A stretch of DNA of 64,000 bases from Candidatus Bathyarchaeota archaeon (GTDB lineage: Archaea > Thermoproteota > Bathyarchaeia > Bathyarchaeales > Bathycorpusculaceae). Both the position numbers and the translations under genes were made by a program. Below are positions 1 to 8,961 of this stretch, piece by piece. The stretch is taken from contig CAWHXY010000007.1 in NCBI GenBank assembly GCA_963833575.1, positions 288,001-352,000 of the forward strand, written 5' to 3'. The notes beneath the pieces were generated by a model. It had not been told where the DNA came from. It made no database searches and saw only the letters and a list, made by a program, of their open reading frames with translations. Numbering within the stretch: the first letter of the stretch is position 1; each line of letters starts with the position of its first letter.

Positions 1-625
1 GAGTATCCTGCTTCATCTGAAGCTCAACAGAGTCTTTTTGCGTTTGTTCATTTCCGCTTGATACAATTTCGGTGTAAATTTTGGTTATGCTCGCTTTGCC
101 TTCGCGTAGCTTCTGCTTGTCATCTTCGCTTGCTTCTTCTAGTATTTTCTTGCCTCGTTCAAATGTACGTGTCGAAACACCCGCTTTCTTAGCTACAATT
201 TCGGTTGCTTTAGCCTTAAGCTCAGGCTCCGCGTCTTCCGACGCTAATCCTAACTGCAAATTTCGCCCGTTTTGGCCACCTTTAGATTGCCGTTTCTTTG
301 CCAATGCTTTTTCTATCTCAAGTAATGGCACGGCTAACTCCACAAGCTGAAAATTGTTCAGATGACGACGTCTGAGGTTTGCTTCAATAACAAATTTCTT
401 TTCCAGCAGTTTGTCGTCAAATTTGCGCACTTCAAAATCTGGCTCAACGCCAAGTTCGGTGCATGCACGGTAACGGTGATGCCCATCTAAAACTTCTAAG
501 TCTTCGTTCACTATTATGGGGTAATGTTGTCCTTCAGATTGTATTGATGCTCTAAGCTCGGCGAATTCTTCATCAGACATCTGAGGAAGCAATTTTTCGT
601 AATCTGGGTTTAAGCGTAAGCTCAT
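1..625 (-). CDS. ParB/Srx-domain protein with downstream HTH-like region (runs off window edge)
   Basis: Not in the ORF track. Hand translation from ATG at 625 gives MSLRLNPDYEKLLPQMSDEEFAELRASIQSEGQHYPIIVNEDLEVLDGHHRYRAC...EANLRRRHL...IVAKKAGVSTRTFERG, with the ParB DGHHR motif and NLRRRHL box. Confidence 0.85.
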   Translation of the reverse strand, partial: MSLRLNPDYEKLLPQMSDEEFAELRASIQSEGQHYPIIVNEDLEVLDGHHRYRACTELGVEPDFEVRKFDDKLLEKKFVIEANLRRRHLNNFQLVELAVPLLEIEKALAKKRQSKGGQNGRNLQLGLASEDAEPELKAKATEIVAKKAGVSTRTFERGKKILEEASEDDKQKLREGKASITKIYTEIVSSGNEQTQKDSVELQMKQDT

Positions 626-799
626 GGCAGTCGCCGTTTGTTTATCTTTACAGGTTATTATTTAAGTTAAGGGTACAAATGGCTTGGGAAGGATTCCGGT
701 TAAAGCTAAACACTTAAAATCTTAGCTCCATGATACACCAACATAGTCTTTTCTTGAGGCTCATGTATTTAGTGTAAGTGACAATCTGTGAATATTGTT

Positions 800-891
800 T
801 GGCGAATCAAATTAACAAAAATGCGACTATCTCTCTCTCCTCGCTCTTCCAGAATTTTTTTAGTCGCACAGTTAATATGATTGGTTCGCCA
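800..891. repeat. Long imperfect inverted repeat (three-segment stem)
   Basis: TGGCGAATCAA/TTGGTTCGCCA, ATTAAC/GTTAAT and TGCGACTA/TAGTCGCA enclose a 31-nt pyrimidine-rich loop. Confidence 0.7.
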
Positions 892-974
892 TCCCCACTT
901 TTAACTATTTTGATAAACCGCTATTTTGAATAATGCTAATCATAGACTTAATCAGAAATCATTTAACTAGAAAT

Positions 975-3900
975 TCAATAAGTTTCTTTTCCGTTTGAAT
1001 TAACGGATGGAATTGAAATTACAAATTTTGCCCCTTTCCCTGGTTCAACTGTTTCTTTAATTTGCCAACCGTAAACCTCAATCATTTTCCTTGATAGGAA
1101 CAAACCGTAGCCAGTGCTGCCTCCGGTGCTGAAGCCTTCTTTGAAAAGCTGCGACTTGTCTTCTGCTGAAATGCCTACGCCGTCATCCTCATAAACCAAT
1201 TGTAGCTCACTCTGGTTGCCTTTTTCATAGTACACTCTGGCGGAAGTAGTTTTTTTGCCGTATTTTGTTGTGTTGTCAATAAAGTTGTAAAAGAGTTGTC
1301 TAAGAAATGAATCTGCCAGTAAGCTTAAGCCGTGGCAATTGTTGATAACTTTGATGTTTAAGTCTGAAAAAAGCGCCGTCGCATCATTAAGCATATTCTC
1401 AACATTAACGTATTTTAGTTCTTCGACACCTAGTTGCTCATACATTTTTGCAAACTCGAAAATCCGTACTGAATCCTTAACTGCCTGTTCAATCTTGTTT
1501 ATTCCATTAAGAATGTCCGCCTGATTCGTGCATCTCTTTCTTAGCAGATAAGTGTTTGCAATTATCGTAAAAAGTTTGTTCCTAACATCGTGCCGAGTTA
1601 AGCTACCTACAACATTGAGCTTCTCATTAAGGAAGAACAGTTTGCCCACTGCATCCTCCATTGCATTTTCAGCCTTTTTCCGCTCAGAAATATCCCTTGT
1701 AATGCTGAGAACAAGTTTTTTTCCGTCTTGACTAAATAACCGTGCGTGAATTTCCGATTGCAACAGAGTTCCATCTTTCCGTATTTGTGTAGAGTTAAAA
1801 ACTGAATCGCCTTTTTTCAGCAGACTCTCAATTCTAGGCGCAATTAATTTTTCAGTTCCAAGTGCGTCCAACTTGTAAACATTCAGTCTAGACATTTCGT
1901 CTTTGGTATACCCCGTGGAATTACAAGCTGCATCATTAAAGAAAACTATATTTCCTTCCAAATCATGAACCAAAATTGAATCAGTAGCTAATTCAAATAT
2001 ATTCGCAGCCATTTGGCGATCTGCCTCAGCTTTTTTGCGTTCTGTGATTGGAATTGCAAGTTCAAGAGCCGCCATAGTAACGCCATTTTTGTCTTTGAGC
2101 GGGGTTACTTAAGTTCGATCCAAATTTTTTCGCCGACTGAATTTATAGTTTCGTATTCATGGGTGTCGAAAGATACGTTTTTTTCAAAGACTTTTTTTAC
2201 ACCGCAATTGAGACAAATCGTATCTAATTCATTAAAAGTCTGAAAACACTTTTTGTTTGAATTATCAATAATATTTCTAAGAAGCGAGTTAGCCCAAAAG
2301 ATGCGATAGTCTTTGCCAATAATTGCTAGACCAGCGCCGATGCTTTCACCCACCCTTTCAAGAACGTCATATTTCTGCTTTTGTTCTAATTCTATTTTTT
2401 TCCGTTCGCTGATGTCCTCTAATTCAACTATGAAAAGGTCAGGTTTCCCTTCTGTTTCTCTAACTGCGCTAACTGTAACTTTTCCATTAATTGTTGTTCC
2501 GTCTTTTCTTATGTAACGTTTCTCTTGGCTGAAAGAAGTGAGACGCCCTAGTTTTAGATTTTCCACTTTTGAAGTACTTTCACTAATTTCGTCAGGATGT
2601 GTAATGTCTCTGAAACTCAGTTTTTTTAGTTCATTCTCTGAGTAACCTAGAATTTTGCAGAAAGATTCGTTGGCACTTAGGAAAAACTGTTTTTTATCAG
2701 AGGTCGCTATTCCAATGGGGGCATTCGAAATAATTGCTTCTAGTTGTTCTTCATTTTTCTTGAGCAATTCCTCAGTTTTTTTGCGTTCGGTAATGTCGGT
2801 TATTATGCCCATGACCGCTTTTTCGCCGTTGTAATCTATCAGTTTTATTGTTATTATTGCATTAATTCTTGTGTCTGATCGAGTCACGAGAGCATACTCA
2901 TAAGGAGGAACAGCTTCGCCCCTCATATGTTTGGTGAAAGAAGATTCAAGCAATTCAACATCTTCTGGTGCAATTATGGAAAGGAAATTAAAGTTAGGAG
3001 AATAAAACTCCGCTCGACTTATTCCCATGTTATCTTCGCATTTCTTATTTGCATAAACAATTTTGCTTCTGCAGTTGATGAAAATCATGTTAGGCGATTC
3101 TTCTGCTAGATTCTTGAATTTTTCTTAACTCTCTTTTAGTGTCTCTTCAGTCTTTTTTCGTTCGGAAATATCTATTGCCAGTGCTCTAAATCCATTTATC
3201 GTGTTTTTTGATTTTCGGGGTGTAGCAGTCACAATTATTGGAATAGTAGATCCATCTTTTTTTAGAAGTGTGTACTCGCTGTAAATGTTACAACCAGTGG
3301 CCAATAACTTTTGAATATTCTTAGTTGCTTTTTCCCTATCTTCTGGAACGAGGAACTCAAGAGCATTCAATCCCTTTTCAAGATCTACATGAGAAATGCC
3401 AGTAATCTCAAAACCCTTATCATTAACATACACAACCTTTCCACTTGCTTCTGCTTCAAAAACAATGTCTGGCAAAGAATTCGCTAGTTCTCTATACCTT
3501 TCTTCGCTTTCCAGGAGATTCTCCTGGGTCTTCCTGCGTTCTGTTATATCTAAGAACATGCCTTGAATAGCTGGTTCTCCCATGTATTCAATGCGGTTTG
3601 AAAATACTTCCAGCCAAACAATTGACCTACCCTTTCGCATTGCCCTAAACTCGAGACTTGATTTAGCTTGCACTCCATGCAATCGTCCGTCTAAGCGACT
3701 AAAGAAAACTACTTTGTCGTCGTCGTGTACCAATCCTGCAACTTCGAGCGGTGAGAGTGACCTCAACTCTTCAACTGAAAAACCTAATATGTTTCCCATA
3801 GCTGAGTTGGCAAAAACTATCCTTAATGGAGAGGTTTGAGTAATTAGTATGCCCTGAAGTGACTTCTCCACTAGTGTGCGATACTTAATTTCTGACTCAA

Positions 3901-4372
3901 TAAGCAGCTGCTTAGACTTCTTACGTTCTACTGTTTTGTTTATGGCATCTGCCAATTCGCAGTAAACTGTTTGAGGCGAGCCATTCTTGTTGATGTAGCG
4001 GTCATCACCTAGATTCAACGCCTTAACAACAACTTCCTCCCTTCCTTTTCCAGTAAACAAGATAAAGGGAATATCATTTCGCTGTTCTCTGAGTTCTTTC
4101 AAAAAGTCTAATCCATTCTTCATAGGCATTTCATAGTCGGAAATTACAGCATCATAGTTTTGTTGTTCCATTTTCTTGAGAGCTTCAGAAACGGATGTTG
4201 CATAATCTATCTCAAAGTTGTTCTCATCAGATAATATCATCCTTGAAGTTTCTAGTAGACATAAGTCATCATCAACATGTAAAACTCGAATTGCATTTTT
4301 TTTGTCCGACAGAGTAAGCGTTGCCGCCACATCAATGGTTTGGCATTCCTTATTGGGCGTTTGTATCGGCAA
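975..4372 (-). pseudogene. REC + multi-PAS + histidine kinase gene split into three ORFs (nonsense codon plus frameshift)
   Basis: 3125..4372 has REC (VLHVDDD, SDYEMP) and PAS. In-frame TAA at 3125-3127 interrupts KES*EKFKNLAEESPNMIF. A 1-nt loss near 2108 interrupts EL(K)VTPLKDKNGVTMAALE. 975..2075 carries the H-box (TRHDVRN) and HATPase (DDGVG, GTGYGL). Could be an assembly error. Confidence 0.8.
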
Positions 4373-4548
4373 TTCCTCGGCTGGAATAGTAAATTAATAA
4401 TATAATTAATCCGTTATGAATTAGAAATATTGATCTTAGAATGATTATGATCTGACAAAAAGGCAACTCTTTAAGGTATCAATGAAGAAGAATTAGCGAA
4501 AAGAAACTTTATTGCGCCGAATTGCTATTTAGATATGGAGAGGATTGA

Positions 4549-4812
4549 ATGTTTTGTCCATTTTGTGGCAGACAAGTTAAAGACAATTTTTTATTTTGCA
4601 TATTTTGTGGGAAAGCGTTGCCGCAGAAAAGTTCTCTTCCGCCTGTGACTCAATCGATACCTCAGATAAATGCACATCCTCAAACGTCTTCTCCGAGAAA
4701 AAGAGTATCAAATAATGTAAAAAAAGGTATAGTTACGGGTATTCTGGTAGTGGGACTCATTTTCGTAGTACTTCAGATTTACTATCCTGATATATTTCCT
4801 TGGAATTGGTAG
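4549..4812 (+). CDS. Zinc-ribbon domain membrane protein
   Basis: CPFCG...CIFCG N-terminus, Pro-rich linker, C-terminal TM helix; GGAGAGG upstream. Confidence 0.8.
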   Translation: MFCPFCGRQVKDNFLFCIFCGKALPQKSSLPPVTQSIPQINAHPQTSSPRKRVSNNVKKGIVTGILVVGLIFVVLQIYYPDIFPWNW

Positions 4813-5068
4813 AGCACAAACCATCGTCGATGAAAAACAGATAAATGCAAAAGCTCACATAATCATGTTTCAGGATGTCTTGGCCAAACTGCTCTTACTT
4901 GTGGAAACTAAATGAATTTGATTAAGGATTTGAAAACCACAAGTATTATTAAACTGCATGCACCTAAAATTATTAAACTAATAAATATTAAAAATCTCAT
5001 CAAAGCGAGTAAGCTCGCTTTATGTGATTTACATAATTAAATAACTCACAAATAGGAAGTGCACACTT

Positions 5069-6244
5069 ACGGGAACATCCCAAACATTTACGATAAAGTA
5101 CGTTATACACGCGAGATTTGATATTGAAGGTGTAGTTGAAAAACCCGATGTTATAGGCGCAGTTTTTGGTCAAACCGAAGGGCTTTTTGGACCTGAACTT
5201 GACCTGCGAGAACTTCAGAAAACAGGACGCATCGGCAGAATCGAAATTGACTTACACTCAAAAAATGACAAAACCAATGGCTCAATAACTATTCCAACAA
5301 GTTTAGATAGGGTTTCAACCGCGCTGATAGCAGCAAGCATAGAAAGCATTAATCGTGTTGGTCCATGCTCAGCAAAAGTAAGCATAGACAGAATCGAAGA
5401 CATCCGCGAAGCACGAAGAAAAATAATTATTGACCGAGCAAAAGAAATCCTCCATAAATGGACTATAGAATCAATGCCAAGCGTCGATGACGTTTACAAG
5501 GAAATTTCTGAAACCATGAAAGTTGGCAAAGTTGAAAAGTACGGTCCAGAAGATTTGCCTGCCGGTCCAGGATTAGATACTGCTAAAGAAATTTTTGTTG
5601 TTGAAGGACGCGCTGACATAATTAATTTAATGCGTTGCGGAATTTTCAACACTGTTGCTCTTGAAGGCGCTAAAGTTCCTGAATCAATAAAGAAGCTAAC
5701 TAAAGAAAAGCCAGCAACGGCATTACTAGATGGTGACCGAGGCGGCGATTTGATACTTAAAGAGCTAATGCAAGTTACGAACGTCAAATTTGTCGGTCGC
5801 GCTCCAAGAGGCAAAGAAATTGAGGAATGCAACTGCAAAGAAATTGCTGAAGCCATAGAAAATAAACTTCCGATAGCAGAAGCCGTAGCTCCCCCTAAAC
5901 CCGCTAAGAAACCTGAACCGCCAGCTCCGCACCGAATCAAAATTGAAGTTCCAGAACCCGTAAGTCAAGCGGCAAAAGCATTGCAGGGTACACTAGAAGC
6001 GGTTCTACTCAACGAGAAATTTGAATTTATCGAGCGTCTCCCAGTAAGCCAGTTAGCAGAGAAACTCCAGCAAGTAACAGGTGTAGACACAGTAGTTTTT
6101 GACGGCATCATTACACAGAGAATCGTTGACATCGCAGGCGAGAAAAACATTAGGCGTATTGTTGCTTCACGCATTTCAGAGGCAGTAAAACCAGCATTAA
6201 ACGTTGAACTGGTAACTTTCCAAGACGCAGTCGCTCAAGCTTAA
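5069..6244 (+). CDS. dnaG: Archaeal DnaG (TOPRIM; exosome-associated primase-like protein)
   Basis: The frame extends 135 codons upstream of the called ATG with the conserved N-terminus KYVIHARFDIEGVVEKPDVIGAVFGQTEGLFGPELDLRELQKTGRIGRI. TOPRIM motifs VVEGRAD and DGDRGG are present. Apparent start is ACG at 5069. Confidence 0.92.
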   Translation, partial: TGTSQTFTIKYVIHARFDIEGVVEKPDVIGAVFGQTEGLFGPELDLRELQKTGRIGRIEIDLHSKNDKTNGSITIPTSLDRVSTALIAASIESINRVGPCSAKVSIDRIEDIREARRKIIIDRAKEILHKWTIESMPSVDDVYKEISETMKVGKVEKYGPEDLPAGPGLDTAKEIFVVEGRADIINLMRCGIFNTVALEGAKVPESIKKLTKEKPATALLDGDRGGDLILKELMQVTNVKFVGRAPRGKEIEECNCKEIAEAIENKLPIAEAVAPPKPAKKPEPPAPHRIKIEVPEPVSQAAKALQGTLEAVLLNEKFEFIERLPVSQLAEKLQQVTGVDTVVFDGIITQRIVDIAGEKNIRRIVASRISEAVKPALNVELVTFQDAVAQA

Positions 6245-8637
6245 AAGTAGTCCGTTAAGCTTCTGCTTTCTTCACTTTCTTTGAGACCTTTAGTAATTAG
6301 ATCTCTTTCGGATACGTTGAAGAACCCAAGTATTCTGGCTGCTGCTGGCACTATCTGGTTGGTTATGTAGTATTCAACATCTACTTCCTCGATCTTGGCG
6401 AATTGGAAAGGTTTCACGCGACTATAAAATCGACCTTTGCCGGATAATACGACAAAACCGACTTTGTCGCCAGCCGTTAGTCGCCAGCCTTTCTCTTTTA
6501 GCATTTTCGCCGCTTCGACATGTGGAGCCCGAATAGCATATTGTTCGGGTGATTTGGTTAATGTTTTCCAAATTATTAGGTTTCGCAAAGGAACTTTCCT
6601 CTTTCTTAGCTCGGATATTACCTCATGCACATAATCAATTGCGTTCTTAGGCGATTGCTCCTTTAAAATTACCTCAAGAACATGTTCCTGCACTTTCTTA
6701 GCTACTTGTGCCCAGTCGCCACGAATAACTTCTAACCCGACAATGTCTAGAGTACCGTCGCCTCGGAGGCCCGCATACCGTTTTTTTGCTTCTGTAAAGA
6801 AAACGCGTTTGTAAACTTCACTAACTTCCACTTCCAAACCTAACTCTTCCCAAATTTCAACTTTGAGCTCTTGGAGCTTTTTCCCATCGTTGGTCAAAAA
6901 TAGACTATCTGTGTCACCGTAAATAATCTTTAAACCCTTCGCTTCTGCTAAATGGGTAGCGTTTAAAATTGAGTGTCTGCCCCAAGCTGAGGCTGCTTCC
7001 GCTACGGGTTTAATGTACCATCTTGCTCCAATCCAGCCGGCGTATCCATAAGTAGCATTGGTAATGATTTTTACTGCCTTTTGCCTTGCATCTAAAATAC
7101 TGTATTCAACTGTACTGGGATCTAGTTTCTTCATTTGAATACGTATTTTGTTTCTCACATCTATCAAATAGGTTAATGCTTCTTTGTAGAATCCTGGTGG
7201 TGCTTTGCGGAAACGGTGCCCCACTTCTGGTGCTTCGTAAACCCCAGCGGGTGGTTCAGTCTCATTTGGTGCAATGTAGGTATCAGGGGAAAGGTTGTAT
7301 CTTATCATTATGTTTGGGTACATTGATTTAAAATCTAAAACCGCAATGTTGTCGTGCAAGCCAGGTTTTGGGTTAAGCACTAACCCGCCAGCGTATGGAC
7401 GATATGGCTGCTCTATCCTTCTGGGAATAAGTTCGCCCATTTTAGAGGTTTGCTTAATCAAAAACCACTCCACCCTAAAACCAACTGCTGCGGTCATAAC
7501 GTGGTCCAGTGGCAAACTAACCAAGCTTGATAGTTCCATAGAAAAATCAAGTAGCAACATTGCACAGCTTTGGATTTTTCGAACTTGATTTAAGTTGAAT
7601 TCTTTGAGCGCTTCTCGTTTTTGTGGTTGGTCCCAGTACTCGGAAAATTCAACATCCTCGATTTCCTTGTCTGACTGGTTTTTCATTACACCCAAGTAAT
7701 AGGCAAGGTTAGATAGTGTTTTGACTTTCACTTCTGGGAAAACATCCATGAAGTCGGCGAGATCTACGTTGGCAATACCTGTAAATGAGACGTGACCATA
7801 AATGCTGGTGTGGGGCTCTTTTTTGCCGCGATCTATGTCGAAGGTTCGTTTTAGTCTGTGGCTTCTCTTTATCAGGTAATCCCAGTCTTGAGCGTTAGCG
7901 CCAAAACTAACGATTATGTCTGGGTCAAACTGGCAAACATAATCGATAAACTCCTGAAGGAGTGGCTTATCGTTTTTGTCTTCTTCTGCTAGAAACTGCT
8001 TTTCGTCTCCGTTGCTGGCAACGACGGAGATCATTATTATCGGGTTTCTGTCTGGTTTAGGCGAACCTTCCTGACTATAATTAATCATTGAGAAACTAAG
8101 CGTTTTAAGCCGTGGCTTGTCGACACAATCTAGTAGCTTAGGAATAGATTTTGCGACGTAAACCTTGTCAACTCTTACGCCTAATTTCGCTCCTTCTTCC
8201 TCAGCCTCCACTTCATGCCAAGCACAAGGCGCAATATCATTATCAATTAAGTACCGCATGGCAACGCGAATATCATCTTCGAGGCATTCTTTTATCCCTT
8301 CGAAGCTTCGAAGTTGCTTTGCAAGCTTCATCGTTTCCGTTGCAACCTTACAATAAACTTTTATTGCATGCACAGACCTGCCGAAGAAGCGGCGCTCAAC
8401 AATTTGCACTTTCACAATTGAAGATTCATAAGAGCTCACTATTTCTGATGCAATCTTCGAAACATCAAATCCTTCCTTCACCACAGCATAAAAATAACCA
8501 ATAACTTCTCTATCAATAACGAGCACTCGACACCCATTCTGGTCAATTCCCCAAAGCCACAACTCAATAGCGTCATTATCAATTTTTGGGTTAATGTCTA
8601 AGAGCCAAAAAGTTAGTTTCAACAAATCCGCCAACAT
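6241..8637 (-). CDS. polB: Family B DNA polymerase (PolB3-like), exonuclease motifs degenerate
   Basis: Polymerase motifs DFKSMYP, KIITNATYGY, YGDTDS and KKRYAG are intact. The stop overlaps the dnaG stop (shared TTAA at 6241-6244). Confidence 0.95.
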   Translation of the reverse strand: MLADLLKLTFWLLDINPKIDNDAIELWLWGIDQNGCRVLVIDREVIGYFYAVVKEGFDVSKIASEIVSSYESSIVKVQIVERRFFGRSVHAIKVYCKVATETMKLAKQLRSFEGIKECLEDDIRVAMRYLIDNDIAPCAWHEVEAEEEGAKLGVRVDKVYVAKSIPKLLDCVDKPRLKTLSFSMINYSQEGSPKPDRNPIIMISVVASNGDEKQFLAEEDKNDKPLLQEFIDYVCQFDPDIIVSFGANAQDWDYLIKRSHRLKRTFDIDRGKKEPHTSIYGHVSFTGIANVDLADFMDVFPEVKVKTLSNLAYYLGVMKNQSDKEIEDVEFSEYWDQPQKREALKEFNLNQVRKIQSCAMLLLDFSMELSSLVSLPLDHVMTAAVGFRVEWFLIKQTSKMGELIPRRIEQPYRPYAGGLVLNPKPGLHDNIAVLDFKSMYPNIMIRYNLSPDTYIAPNETEPPAGVYEAPEVGHRFRKAPPGFYKEALTYLIDVRNKIRIQMKKLDPSTVEYSILDARQKAVKIITNATYGYAGWIGARWYIKPVAEAASAWGRHSILNATHLAEAKGLKIIYGDTDSLFLTNDGKKLQELKVEIWEELGLEVEVSEVYKRVFFTEAKKRYAGLRGDGTLDIVGLEVIRGDWAQVAKKVQEHVLEVILKEQSPKNAIDYVHEVISELRKRKVPLRNLIIWKTLTKSPEQYAIRAPHVEAAKMLKEKGWRLTAGDKVGFVVLSGKGRFYSRVKPFQFAKIEEVDVEYYITNQIVPAAARILGFFNVSERDLITKGLKESEESRSLTDYF

Positions 8638-8700
8638 AATAGAAATATAAATTGAGAGATTAAAAATTACCGAAAGAAGCGTGAATCGTTTGCTTAAATG

Positions 8701-8850
8701 AGAACAACAACAGTTGGTGGGTGCACCGGGTGTTGTTCTTCTCTTGAAAGAAGAAGGAGGACAATCGCAGGGTGCACCGCGTCCTTCTTCTACCCGAGCG
8801 TAACCTAAGAAGATAAACTTCGTATGGGCGCACTTCTTCTACCTGTTAGG
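8701..8850. repeat. Three-unit hairpin array AGAA-N14-GGGYGCAC-N(0-9)-TTCTTCT; candidate structured ncRNA or operator array
   Basis: Units start at 8701, 8752 and 8808; cores at 8719, 8770 and 8826; TTCTTCT at 8736, 8785 and 8834. Each unit is self-complementary with a different stem sequence. Confidence 0.75.
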
Positions 8851-8961
8851 AGTATCTTATGAGCTACAGCGTATCATTGCGATAAATGTAAATTTTAAAG
8901 GGCCAATATCGAGAGTAGTTAGTTTTAAGTTTCACGGCGTAAACTTCATTTTGGTTATTTT

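Noticed and set aside
81-350. This and most short antisense ORFs in the track (e.g. 5494..5940, 9941..10486, 28483..28932, 57060..57536)
   Set aside because: Shadow frames of well-supported genes on the opposite strand, with no recognisable motifs.
8638-8838. Stop-free frame extending polB upstream through the array
   Set aside because: No start codon in that frame, and a TATA-like box about 25 nt before ATG 8637 fits a leaderless transcript.
8701-8840. CRISPR array or ORB origin interpretation of the hairpin units
   Set aside because: No 24-47-nt identical direct repeats, no cas genes, and no match to the GTTCCAGTGGAAAC-type ORB consensus or nearby cdc6.
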